A DNA stretch of 27,919 bases from positions 1-27,919 of IMG/VR virus record IMGVR_UViG_3300025875_000085; one strand, written 5' to 3'. Shown here piece by piece: positions 7,627 to 16,344 of the stretch. The position numbers and the translations under genes are program-made. The notes under the pieces are model-generated. The model had not been told where the DNA came from. It saw only the letters and a list, made by a program, of their open reading frames with translations, and searched no databases. Origin of the DNA: a virus. Its lineage: Duplodnaviria > Caudoviricetes. Numbering within the stretch: position 1 is the stretch's first letter; each line of letters begins with the position of its first letter.

Positions 7627-7827
7627 CTAATGATGTGTTAACGCGGCCAGGTAGCCGGACTCGTAGCCAACCCGCCAGAATATCCAACAGGCCGCCAGGA
7701 TCAGCGGGAAGAGCACAGCGCGGCGAATCCAGGCCATGCGAGCCTTGAGCCGTGCGAGCTTGGCCGCCTCCGCCGCGTCGGCGGCCTCGCGCGCCCGCCG
7801 TGCCGCTGTCAGACCATCAACTGACAT
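7627..7827 (-). CDS. small membrane protein
   Basis: 66 aa with one C-terminal hydrophobic helix. Confidence 0.6.
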   Translation of the reverse strand: MSVDGLTAARRAREAADAAEAAKLARLKARMAWIRRAVLFPLILAACWIFWRVGYESGYLAALTHH

Positions 7828-8470
7828 ATTCCAGCCCCTTCAGGTAGGCCGCCAGGGCGCGAAGATCGCGGGCGTCACGCTTGGCTAGGTTCAACGCCCG
7901 CCGCTCCGCCTTGCGCCTCAAATCGCGTTCGCTGGCGTCCGCAACGGCCGAGTCCGCAACCGGGTAGAGCTGGCCGCGGATATAGCGGAGCATGGAGTCA
8001 CGGTGCTGTGCGGTTTCGGGCGGGACGGCGGAATACATGATAGCGCCAGGGTCGCCGTCCGTCATAAAGCTACCCCATTGCGGGGCCAGGTCGGCGGCCT
8101 CTCTATCGTCCAGGGGCTCCGCCGCGTCTTCCTCTTCCGCGTAGTGCGACTCCAAGCCGTAGAAGTCCCGCCACTGTGCCAGGATCAGGTCGCGCCCTTC
8201 ACCTGTCGACTCGTAGATCGTCAACGCCTTGCGGACGTAGGCGATGCCATCGGGCGTCAACGGATTCTGAAGGAATTCGTTACAGTCGCCGCAATGCTGT
8301 GGCGAGTCGGCTTCCCCTCCGCCGTCCGCAACTGGACCCTTGGGGTAGGCGTCCGAGTCCCAGGTGGATTCGTCGTCCAGGTTGGCACCCGCGGGAAGCG
8401 GGAGCACGGAGCGCAAGTGTTCGCCGCAATCGGCACAGAACAACTCCGCTTGATAGAGATATGCGTTCAT
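7817..8470 (-). CDS. phage hypothetical protein with CxxC...HCxxC zinc site
   Basis: ATG at 8470; FCADCG...DSDAYPKGP..DGGGEADSPQHCGDC...NPLTPDG. Confidence 0.75.
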   Translation of the reverse strand: MNAYLYQAELFCADCGEHLRSVLPLPAGANLDDESTWDSDAYPKGPVADGGGEADSPQHCGDCNEFLQNPLTPDGIAYVRKALTIYESTGEGRDLILAQWRDFYGLESHYAEEEDAAEPLDDREAADLAPQWGSFMTDGDPGAIMYSAVPPETAQHRDSMLRYIRGQLYPVADSAVADASERDLRRKAERRALNLAKRDARDLRALAAYLKGLEYVS

Positions 8471-8471
8471 C

Positions 8472-8954
8472 TCAATTCTTCCCCTTGAGGCGGCGGAGGC
8501 GGCAATAGGTGCCGTTTTCGCCGTAAAGCGTGCCGCTGTATTCCGTCCCGTCAAACATGACACGGAAGGAAGCGCGACGATCGCCCATGTTGCTTGTCCA
8601 GGTGCTCAAAATCGTGCCGTAGCCGAGTCGAGCACCCATAAAATTCGTGACTTCGATTCGGTGGCCGCTCCGCAACGGCACGCCAGGATTGCAATCGCGA
8701 TAGTACGCGAAAACCCGCTCCGGCTTATCGTGGCGAAGCTCCCACATCTCGACGCGGGAACGCATCTCGTTATTGCACGCGGCATAGACCGGCGCGGCGG
8801 CCTCTTCCTTCGTGATGTAGTTGCGGGCGCGGGTGGTGCCGCCCTCGCGCATGATCGACTCCGCGTAGGACTGTGCCGCATCGCACGCCTCGCGCTCCGC
8901 CGTATAATCCGCCTCATTGTAGGCGGGTCCGTAGTCTGAATGGGTCCAGGCCAT
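8472..8954 (-). CDS. phage hypothetical protein
   Basis: 160 aa, GGAG RBS. Confidence 0.75.
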   Translation of the reverse strand: MAWTHSDYGPAYNEADYTAEREACDAAQSYAESIMREGGTTRARNYITKEEAAAPVYAACNNEMRSRVEMWELRHDKPERVFAYYRDCNPGVPLRSGHRIEVTNFMGARLGYGTILSTWTSNMGDRRASFRVMFDGTEYSGTLYGENGTYCRLRRLKGKN

Positions 8955-9007
8955 GTGATTCGCTCCGTTGTGTGAGGTCGGTTTAGGCCGAAAGTGTTAA
9001 GCGGAAG

Positions 9008-9280
9008 TTACTTCGTCGCGACGTTTGCCAGGGCACGCGCGACGATCTCGGCGAACGCTTCCGCGCTCGGCGCGTCGGGAAACCCTTTGCACCCCATGGC
9101 GTTCGCGTGCTTCGTCGTCGTCGCGCTGTGGCCGCGGTAGTCGGGATTGAACGCCTTCAGGTAGTCATGGCCGGCCATCGCCCGCACAGCGATAAGCGCG
9201 CGGTAGCTGAAGAACAATTCCGCGTTCCCGATGGTGACAATGGCCTGATTCGGCGCGGACGAGTCGAGAGAAGTTTTCAT
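9008..9280 (-). CDS. phage hypothetical protein, first gene of the leftward early cluster
   Basis: 90 aa with a FFSY...A...SATTTKH pattern typical of small early phage proteins; GGAG RBS. Confidence 0.75.
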   Translation of the reverse strand: MKTSLDSSAPNQAIVTIGNAELFFSYRALIAVRAMAGHDYLKAFNPDYRGHSATTTKHANAMGCKGFPDAPSAEAFAEIVARALANVATK

Positions 9281-9479
9281 GGCTGCTACTCCGTTGATGT
9301 GATTCGCTATCTAGGCGTGAAGTGTTACCAAATCACTAAGCGTTGCGCATAGCAATAAAACGGCTGTGCTCGGCGATGGTTCCGCGGAAGTGACTTCCGG
9401 CGGGTCCGGCTCGGCGACGCTCGGCGGAGCATAGACTCGCGCACGCGGAGTCGCGCGCACGCGTGACCCCCGGCCGCCG

Positions 9480-9560
9480 TTAACCCTAACGCGGCGTTAA
9501 TGGTAAATCTCGGGTTAACCCTAATGCCGGATTAACCTTACCGCGGCGTTAAGGTTAACG
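9480..9560. repeat. 17/18-bp-period array of TTAA-NN-NTAN units (CtrA-box-like), mostly inverted relative to 4131-4198
   Basis: TTAA at 9480, 9497, 9515, 9532 and 9549. Confidence 0.8.
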
Positions 9561-9811
9561 CGAAACATGGGTGCCTGCACGCGGTCGAGCCGGCCGGGGT
9601 GCGACATGGGAATACACATATCGGTCAACGGGGAAACCCGCCGACCCCCCTATCCCGGTCTGTTCGGAGCTTTTCAGGCCGAGCTAAATCCTGCCCCGCC
9701 GGTACAGGTGATTCGGATCAAGGCACTCCCCGGTCGCCGATCCACCGGAATCTCAATCAACCCTGCACTCCCTCTGTAGTGGCGCTGCGTACCCTCCTGT
9801 AAGGGCGTCGC

Positions 9812-9841
9812 TTGACAGGTCCCACGCTTAGCTGCTAAGCG
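9812..9841 (+). promoter_or_regulatory. promoter of the rightward operon with palindromic CGCTTAGC-t-GCTAAGCG
   Basis: TTGACA-ggtcccacgcttagctg (17 nt)-CTAAGC. Confidence 0.6.
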
Positions 9842-9869
9842 CCACGCTCCAACAGTGAGGGCACCAAGA

Positions 9870-10172
9870 ATGGCTCGCGTAACCGAAGACACTATCGTCG
9901 GCCAGATCAGGGCACTCGATCCCGGCCAGAGCTTCAGCCGGTCCAAGCGTCTGACGCTGGAAGAAGCAGCAAACGAGATGACGCCGACCGAAGCGCTGGC
10001 AAAGCTCCGCAACATGGTCAATCAGGCTGTCGGCCGGCTGCGCAAGGAGATACCGGGAAGTAACTTCCGTGTCGAAAGCATGGTTGGCTTCACCGACAAC
10101 AAGCAGGCGGTGCTTGCCACCGTGGCTGCTACCCGCTTCGACGGCGAGGACGACGAAGAACAGGACATCTGA
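9870..10172 (+). CDS. hypothetical protein, possibly DNA-binding; acidic tail
   Basis: ATG at 9870 with GAGG RBS, first gene after the promoter. Confidence 0.7.
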   Translation: MARVTEDTIVGQIRALDPGQSFSRSKRLTLEEAANEMTPTEALAKLRNMVNQAVGRLRKEIPGSNFRVESMVGFTDNKQAVLATVAATRFDGEDDEEQDI

Positions 10173-10201
10173 CACCCCCGCACCAATGGAGGACCGATCC
10201 A

Positions 10202-10741
10202 GTGTGCAACATCAAAGAAGTACCGAGCTTCCGTTATAACGGGAAGCTCTACGACACGCGCTCCGCCGCCGTGGCCGCCGGTCTTGGCGAGATCGCCGAC
10301 GACATCAAGCGCAACTTTGCCCACGGCCCGCTCGACGGCCTGGTGAAGCACAGCGCTGCGCTTATCTTCCTCCTGTCCGAGTACCGGAAAGAGGAAGAGG
10401 CCGATGGTCCGGCGAGCAGTAAGGACCCCGAGCCGGACGACGCACCGATGCCGCCGCAAGCGGTACGCGAATTGCTCGCGAACACAATTCGCGGTAAAGC
10501 CAAGAACGACCGATCCGGTATGCAGACGTTCGTTTCAAATGCCGGCTATGGCGATCTACCAGCCCTGCTCCATTACGCCACAGACGCGCACGTTAATACG
10601 TTGCTTGCCAAGCTCGTGGAGAGTCCAGTGAGCGGCCAAGTGCTCGACGTGCAGGGCCATCGGCCCGCCTGTGCTGCTCGCGCTACCGGCTATGAAGCCG
10701 ATTGCCGCTGCGGTGTGCTGATTCTCAACCGGAAGGATTGA
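10202..10741 (+). CDS. hypothetical protein
   Basis: 179 aa, GGAGGA RBS, C-terminal H..C...C.C motif. Confidence 0.7.
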   Translation: MCNIKEVPSFRYNGKLYDTRSAAVAAGLGEIADDIKRNFAHGPLDGLVKHSAALIFLLSEYRKEEEADGPASSKDPEPDDAPMPPQAVRELLANTIRGKAKNDRSGMQTFVSNAGYGDLPALLHYATDAHVNTLLAKLVESPVSGQVLDVQGHRPACAARATGYEADCRCGVLILNRKD

Positions 10742-10742
10742 C

Positions 10743-11777
10743 ATGCAAGACGACGATAACCTGATCTCGCCCAAGCAGACGGATGGCTTCAGCACCGAGT
10801 CGCCGATCCGCGCCTTCACCGAATTCAAAGTGGCCGGCAGGGTGGCGATCGGTAAGGGCTTTCGCCCGAGCTTGGCGCATCTACACACCTACCTGGACGC
10901 CATGGAGCGCAAGGAAGGCTGGCGGTTCCAACAGATACTGCTCCCCGAGACGGACGCAGGCGATCCCACCGTCCTGTTCCACCAGGTTCCGCCTATGGTG
11001 CTCAACGTTCCCGGCCTGAAAGCTGCGGAAGGCCGCGCCGAAGACCTATATGCCAAGGTGGCTGCGACGTTAGGAAGCGACGCCATTGATCCAACGGCAA
11101 TTCACCAGCCCCGGATAGCTCCCGAGCCGGAGTCGTCGAAGCATGCAGACGATCTCGACGCACCCCATGATACCCATCTACACATCATGGTGCGGTCGAA
11201 CTTCAAGAAGCTGCACCAGGTAAGCGGCATCTACCGCGACGGCCAATGGCACATCGTCACACAGAGGGCAGGCTCCGAGATCGTCCGCACGCTGCCGATG
11301 AAGGGTGAACCTGAATCCTGGGACTACCCGCCCGAAGTCAAAGCCATCCGGCAAGCGATGCCCGGTCTGTCGATGCTGGCGGCCATGGCCGACGATCCGA
11401 TCAACCCCAAGCACTACCGCGGCACCCGCTGCGCCGAGATCGGTGAGCTTCTGTCGGCCAACAGCTACCAGGTGCTGAAGTATAACTGGCGGCTCGGCGA
11501 GAAGGATGATCCCTGCGTCGAGATCGGCAAGGCGCTGTGGTATCTCGATCGGGAGATCACCTTGGCCGGGAGTGATTGGCGGCCGGTGGACGGGCTGCTG
11601 CCGGTGGAATCGTGGTTCGACGAACGCTTGGAAGGCGAGAACGAGTACGTCCGCGCCATCGCCGTGCAACTGATCGACTGGAATCGGTTCGGCCGCATCG
11701 ACGTTCTGCGCAAGCTGCGCGTCCACATCACCGCTAAGAAGGTGCTGTTGGAGTGCGGTTCGGGGTTGGCCCTGTGA
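10743..11777 (+). CDS. DUF3310 (SaV-like) domain protein
   Basis: DPINPKHY...KYNWRLGEKD...EIGKALWYLDREI matches the DUF3310 pattern. Confidence 0.75.
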   Translation: MQDDDNLISPKQTDGFSTESPIRAFTEFKVAGRVAIGKGFRPSLAHLHTYLDAMERKEGWRFQQILLPETDAGDPTVLFHQVPPMVLNVPGLKAAEGRAEDLYAKVAATLGSDAIDPTAIHQPRIAPEPESSKHADDLDAPHDTHLHIMVRSNFKKLHQVSGIYRDGQWHIVTQRAGSEIVRTLPMKGEPESWDYPPEVKAIRQAMPGLSMLAAMADDPINPKHYRGTRCAEIGELLSANSYQVLKYNWRLGEKDDPCVEIGKALWYLDREITLAGSDWRPVDGLLPVESWFDERLEGENEYVRAIAVQLIDWNRFGRIDVLRKLRVHITAKKVLLECGSGLAL

Positions 11778-11911
11778 ACGGCTGGTCCAGCAAGGGAGAA
11801 CACCGCCGGCTTTTCTGGCGTGTGTCGCATCGGCTTCCCGGTTGGGACCGTACCCCGGATCGCGAGATTCGGAAGTACCTTCGACGTGCGTCATGGAGGC
11901 GAGCGCTGTGA
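11774..11911 (+). CDS. 45-aa basic peptide
   Basis: GTGA overlaps at both ends fill the gap exactly. Confidence 0.4.
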   Translation: MNGWSSKGEHRRLFWRVSHRLPGWDRTPDREIRKYLRRASWRRAL

Positions 11912-12138
11912 GCGTCTACAAGGCAATCACTTGGAACCGGGAGCGCCTGGAACAGCTTCGCGCGGCCTACAACGGCACCACCGCGCCGACGCTCAAGCAA
12001 GTCGAGCTTGAGGGTCAAGGCAAGCACGATTTCGATCGCGGCTACGCCAAGTACCTGATCGAATATCTTGACGGTGTGTTCGCGGCCAACCCCAATCTGG
12101 CGGCCGGCCCGAACCGTGAAGGGGAGGAAGGACAATGA
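11908..12138 (+). CDS. hypothetical phage protein
   Basis: GTG start with GGAGG RBS; ends in a ...YAKYLIEYL... motif. Confidence 0.65.
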   Translation: MSVYKAITWNRERLEQLRAAYNGTTAPTLKQVELEGQGKHDFDRGYAKYLIEYLDGVFAANPNLAAGPNREGEEGQ

Positions 12139-12404
12139 CACAGTATTCAGGATTATGCATCGGCGGCCCCCTGGACGGCCGGTGCGCGGTGTCGAGAACG
12201 CAGCGGCTTCAGGCCGATGAGAAGCCCGATCTGCCGCCGATCTCGGCCGGCCCCACGGAAATTCCCACTGATATGGCGATCACCCGTCACACTTACCTGT
12301 GGCTGCACACTGGCGGCTTGGGGCTGTGGCTCGTCGAGGGCACGACGTTGCAGGACGCGATTCAGGCGATGGCTCTTGCCTACGCGGAGGCTCGCCGGAA
12401 GTGA
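12135..12404 (+). CDS. hypothetical phage protein (GGPLDG motif)
   Basis: 89 aa, ATGA overlap, GGAGG RBS. Confidence 0.7.
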   Translation: MTQYSGLCIGGPLDGRCAVSRTQRLQADEKPDLPPISAGPTEIPTDMAITRHTYLWLHTGGLGLWLVEGTTLQDAIQAMALAYAEARRK

Positions 12405-12673
12405 GCCCCAAGCGTGCCGGCGATCTCGTCAAGGGCATCATCGTCGATCTCGACGCCGCGCTCGCGTCGAACGGCCGCGAAGCCCTGGGCGAGCGCCATA
12501 GCGCCCTTGCATCAGCCATGATGCTCGGGGTGCGCCTGCTAGGCGGTGTTGCGATCAATACGGCTCGGATCGCCACCGCCCTTGAGAAGATCGAAGCCAA
12601 GACAGGAGGATTTGATGACCGAAAGGGAGGCACAACGGATCAAATATCAAGCGAGGAAAGCTCGCGATCCTGA
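12401..12673 (+). CDS. hypothetical protein
   Basis: GTGA overlap and GGAGG RBS; helical, with an ARIATALEKIE motif. Confidence 0.6.
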   Translation: MSPKRAGDLVKGIIVDLDAALASNGREALGERHSALASAMMLGVRLLGGVAINTARIATALEKIEAKTGGFDDRKGGTTDQISSEESSRS

Positions 12674-12800
12674 AGCCTCGCGGCAGCGTGTCCGCAAACA
12701 GAAATTACGGATGCGTTATCGCTATTGCCTACCGGAAGAGATTGAGCGCACCGCCGAGAAGCTGGCGATGCTTCAGGCCATACAACAGGAGATGTCCTAA
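12615..12800 (+). CDS. small basic protein
   Basis: ATG at 12615 with AGGAGG RBS. Confidence 0.6.
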   Translation: MTEREAQRIKYQARKARDPEASRQRVRKQKLRMRYRYCLPEEIERTAEKLAMLQAIQQEMS

Positions 12801-13027
12801 TGCGGATATTCGACGATCCAGACCATCCGCAATACGGCCCGGTGCGCCGCCTTTGGGTGGTGCTGGCGCAACTCGACTTGTTCGATTTCGCCGAGTTATA
12901 CCGCGATCTTGTCGATGAGACGTGGGATCAGTCCCTCGCTTCGTATGTGCGGCTTGGTTATGGCGAAGCCATGGCCCAACGCATTGTCCTCTACAGCATC
13001 ATGTCATCCTACAGGAGCAAACCATGA
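12800..13027 (+). CDS. hypothetical protein
   Basis: 75 aa, TAATG overlap, AGGAG RBS. Confidence 0.6.
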   Translation: MRIFDDPDHPQYGPVRRLWVVLAQLDLFDFAELYRDLVDETWDQSLASYVRLGYGEAMAQRIVLYSIMSSYRSKP

Positions 13028-13755
13028 CAACTGTTCCACCCCGGCCCCCTGTGCCCGCTAACCGCGGCAAGCGGGTCAACACGCGCAACTATACCGCCTG
13101 GTCCTGGATCAAGGGCTATGCGGCATGGGCGCTGGTGTTCCCGATGTACCTGGCGCTGTGGGCGTTCGCCACGGTGTTCAAGCGCCTGCCGGATTGGGCG
13201 ACACGGAAGTTACTTCTGGCCCACCAGCGTTACACGTCCACGCACGCGATGGACTTCCGCATCCCGCCCGACAATTCGGTGCCGGCGTACATGCACCGCT
13301 GGTGGCGGATCGCCCGCAACGCCTACATGAACATCTACTATCACATCGTTCTGCGCTCGGATGACGATCGCGCGCTGCACGATCACCCTTGGGCCAACCT
13401 GTCGATCGTGCTTGACGGCGGCTATTACGAGCACACGATCGACGCGGGCGGCGTCAACAAGAAGACCTGGTACGGCCCCGGCAGCGTGCGCTTCCGCCGT
13501 GCAGGCACCTTCGCCCACCGGCTTGAGCTTGCCCCCAAGCACGCGACCGGCGAGCCCTGGGATCGCAACGCCCTTCAGCCCGTCACCACGATCTTCATCA
13601 CCGGCCCGGTGCTGCGGCGTTGGGGCTTCCACCACCCCGAGCAATGGGTGGATGCCTACGATTGGGACGACTTCATGGCCGCCCACGGCAACAACGGATC
13701 AATGCGGATGGACGGCGGCAGCGACGCCATCGTCTCGACGCGCAACAAGCTCTAA
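13024..13755 (+). CDS. cupin-fold (cysteine dioxygenase-like) phage protein with an N-terminal hydrophobic segment
   Basis: RSDDDRALHDHPW...GGYYE...HRLEL...TIFITGP..R.WGF metal-binding cupin pattern. Confidence 0.75.
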   Translation: MTTVPPRPPVPANRGKRVNTRNYTAWSWIKGYAAWALVFPMYLALWAFATVFKRLPDWATRKLLLAHQRYTSTHAMDFRIPPDNSVPAYMHRWWRIARNAYMNIYYHIVLRSDDDRALHDHPWANLSIVLDGGYYEHTIDAGGVNKKTWYGPGSVRFRRAGTFAHRLELAPKHATGEPWDRNALQPVTTIFITGPVLRRWGFHHPEQWVDAYDWDDFMAAHGNNGSMRMDGGSDAIVSTRNKL

Positions 13756-13767
13756 GGAAGGACTGAC

Positions 13768-15321
13768 ATGCGACTGCGTAAATTCATCAATAAGCTATCT
13801 GATCTCGTCACCACCGCCATGCTCAACCCCAAGGACTTCGGCGATGTCGAAGTGATCTCGGAGTTGATCGGCCAAGCGTACATGGTCAATCCGGCCGTGG
13901 CCGGCGGTGAATTCATTGTTACGGTGGATAAAAACAGCGGCCGTTATACGGTTGAAGTGCCGAAGCCCGGCCACCGTGCTGCTATTATCCCGAACGATGC
14001 GCAGCAAATCGCTTTTGTCGGCGACGAGGACGTGTCCGCACCATTTCCCCCCATGACTCTCTCTCGTATCGCGGAATTTCTCGACTACGCTTCGTGTTAC
14101 GGCGACTATGACGAGAACACACCTAACGGCACGCCCGCGTCCGCGGACGCTGGACACGGCATGAACGACTATCGGCGTGCGGCGATCGTGCTGCTGAAAA
14201 AGGTGCTCGGCTTCCTGCCGCAAGACACCAAGGACGCGATCGTGTTCCCGGATCACGGCTACCGCGTCGGCCAGTTGGAGATCGCGCTGCGCGAGGCCGC
14301 CGATCAACTTCGCTACTATCGCGATCAGCACCGCGCCAAAGGTACGCCGGAAGCAGAAGACAAGGCTCGCGTCAACGAAGCCCTGGCCGACCGCTACTAT
14401 CGTCTGCTCGGCGAAGACGTGCATCCCGAGCCGGTGGACTACGCGCTCGGCCTCTTCCCGGTAGCCGACGATCGGCAGAGCTTCAGCTACGTGATCGAGA
14501 CGTTTATCGAGAACGGCTACGAGCGCGGCGTACCGGCTTCCGACATGGCCGGCGTGCTGGCGGAGCAAGCGGAGCAGATCATGGGGTGCGCCAGCGTCAC
14601 GGAGAGCCCCGTCAGCGACGATTCGGCCGTTCCGGGTCCCGAGACACCGGCCAAGCTCTCTTCGGACCCCCTGGACCGTGCTGCGGTCGTCCTGCTGATC
14701 CGGGAGAAGTCGAAGGTCGCTCGCGGCCGGAACCTGGCGGAGATCGCCAACACGCTCGACGCACTGGCCGACGAGATCGCACAGCACATGGAAGAGCAAC
14801 CGATCGACGTTGCGCGGGCGCTGCGTGAATTCTATGTCGATTGCCACGCACGCAACGTGAAAGCCGGCTGGTGGAACGATCTGTCGAACGGCGAGCCAAA
14901 GAAGCGGAGCGTCGGCGAGTTGTTCATGCTTTTCGTGACGGAGATCGCCGAAGCCTATGATGCCTATGCTCGCGGCAACATCGCCGACGACAAGCTGCCA
15001 CAGTATCCGGGGCTCGGCGTCGAGATCGCCGATCTGCAAATCCGGCTCGGCGACTTCTGCGGCGCGCTCCTGGCCGGCAGCATCGTCGAGCACAGCGGCA
15101 CCTTCAACCCTGGCGACGAGATGTTCAAGGAAGTCGCCGCAATCGCTGCACGCTACGAGGCGATCCGCAAGACGCCTGAAGCCAAGGGTGCAACGGAGAT
15201 GGGTGAGCCGTTGGAACCAATGGACGTGGCCGTGATGGTGATCGACAAGCTGGCCTTCAACGCACAGCGCGCCGACCACAAGCCCGAGAACCGCATGAAG
15301 GAAGGCGGCAAGCAGACGTGA
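13768..15321 (+). CDS. multidomain protein with C-terminal MazG-like NTP pyrophosphohydrolase
   Basis: CHARNVKAGWW...TEIAEAYDA...DDKLP...VEIADLQIRLGD...KLAFNAQRADHKPENR fits the all-alpha NTP-PPase family. Confidence 0.75.
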   Translation: MRLRKFINKLSDLVTTAMLNPKDFGDVEVISELIGQAYMVNPAVAGGEFIVTVDKNSGRYTVEVPKPGHRAAIIPNDAQQIAFVGDEDVSAPFPPMTLSRIAEFLDYASCYGDYDENTPNGTPASADAGHGMNDYRRAAIVLLKKVLGFLPQDTKDAIVFPDHGYRVGQLEIALREAADQLRYYRDQHRAKGTPEAEDKARVNEALADRYYRLLGEDVHPEPVDYALGLFPVADDRQSFSYVIETFIENGYERGVPASDMAGVLAEQAEQIMGCASVTESPVSDDSAVPGPETPAKLSSDPLDRAAVVLLIREKSKVARGRNLAEIANTLDALADEIAQHMEEQPIDVARALREFYVDCHARNVKAGWWNDLSNGEPKKRSVGELFMLFVTEIAEAYDAYARGNIADDKLPQYPGLGVEIADLQIRLGDFCGALLAGSIVEHSGTFNPGDEMFKEVAAIAARYEAIRKTPEAKGATEMGEPLEPMDVAVMVIDKLAFNAQRADHKPENRMKEGGKQT

Positions 15322-15325
15322 CCGC

Positions 15326-15364
15326 TTGACGGTCGCCACGCTTAGCACTACCGAAGTAACTTCC
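15326..15364 (+). promoter_or_regulatory. promoter upstream of the ACP gene, overlapped by the palindrome
   Basis: TTGACG-gtcgccacgcttagcac (17 nt)-TACCGA, with GAAGTAACTTCC at 15353-15364. Confidence 0.6.
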
Positions 15365-15377
15365 ACAGGAGGACCAC

Positions 15378-15713
15378 ATGAACGACTCAACTCGCAACCC
15401 CATCGGCTTTGAACGGATCGAAGCCGATTCCGGCCTTTACGGCGGACCGAACCAAGCACCCATTCCTCCGCTCTTCAACGAACAACAGGCGAAAGTCGCG
15501 GCGCTGATCGCGGTGCATCTCGGCGTCGAAGCGGCCAAGGTGGTGCCGACCGCCAGCTTCGCCGTCGATCTCGGCGCGGACAGCCTGGACATGGTGGAGT
15601 TGGTGATGGAGGCTGAAGAGAGCTTCGGAATCGAAATCACTGAAGACGAGGCCGAGAACCTGAAGACCGTCCAGGATGCCTTCGACGTGGTAGCGAACAA
15701 GCTGCGCGGCTGA
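15378..15713 (+). CDS. acpP: acyl carrier protein (phage-encoded)
   Basis: [43 protein letters not shown] is the canonical ACP signature, with the phosphopantetheine Ser intact; AGGAGG RBS. Confidence 0.92.
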   Translation: MNDSTRNPIGFERIEADSGLYGGPNQAPIPPLFNEQQAKVAALIAVHLGVEAAKVVPTASFAVDLGADSLDMVELVMEAEESFGIEITEDEAENLKTVQDAFDVVANKLRG

Positions 15714-15774
15714 TGTCCCTACGCCGCAGGGGTGCGATCTCCGCGGCTATGATGACACCAGCAAGGACCGAATT

Positions 15775-16125
15775 ATGCAACAGCCTGAAGTCATGGAAAC
15801 CGCGGGCGGCTCGCCCGTTATCATCCGCAAGTTTGCCCTGCTCCCCGCCGACGTGGTGCTTGTCGCCCGCGGCCAGGTGCTGATGGTGGGCTTTGCCGGC
15901 AACGTGCCCTACGCATGGGTGATGTCGCACCCGGCCGCCCCGGTGGACGTACAGATGCTCACCGTGCCGAGCGAAGAGATCATCAACATCGAAACCGATC
16001 CGCTTTTCGAGCCGCCGGTCCATGTCGGCAGCTTCTTCAAGACCGACAAGTCGGGCATCCTGCCGAGCGCGTGGCACGCCTTCCTGTTCATGCCGAAGCA
16101 CGGCTCCATCATCCTGCCAAACTGA
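15775..16125 (+). CDS. phage hypothetical protein
   Basis: 116 aa; IRKFAL...VL.V......W...HVGSF...WH.F beta-rich pattern. Confidence 0.65.
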   Translation: MQQPEVMETAGGSPVIIRKFALLPADVVLVARGQVLMVGFAGNVPYAWVMSHPAAPVDVQMLTVPSEEIINIETDPLFEPPVHVGSFFKTDKSGILPSAWHAFLFMPKHGSIILPN

Positions 16126-16126
16126 C

Positions 16127-16309
16127 ATGAAGATCGACCTTACGCCCGTTCAAGCGCGCGTCCTGTTCAACGTGTGCGACGGCCAAGCAGATGCCGGGGC
16201 GTGTGAGGGCGGCAACACGCCACAAGAGCAGGAAGCCTTGCGCGCCATCATGGGCAAGCTCTTGAAGCAGCACTCGCAATGGAAAGGCGTGCGACTCGAT
16301 CAAGGCTGA
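16127..16309 (+). CDS. hypothetical protein
   Basis: ATG one base after the previous stop; 60 aa. Confidence 0.55.
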   Translation: MKIDLTPVQARVLFNVCDGQADAGACEGGNTPQEQEALRAIMGKLLKQHSQWKGVRLDQG

Positions 16310-16344
16310 CAACCGGGTCCACGAAGCATTTTGGGAGAAAGAAA

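Noticed and set aside
9368-9465. Short GC repeats (gctcggcg x3, cgcgcacgcg x2)
   Set aside because: Low-complexity GC-rich words, plausible by chance, with no supportable function.
2128-9560. Repeats considered as a CRISPR array
   Set aside because: The 42-bp repeat has no spacer, and the 9-bp and 17-bp-period units are too short and degenerate. No cas genes are visible.
13795-15459. 554-aa minus-strand ORF
   Set aside because: Antisense to the MazG-domain gene; long shadow ORFs are expected at high GC.
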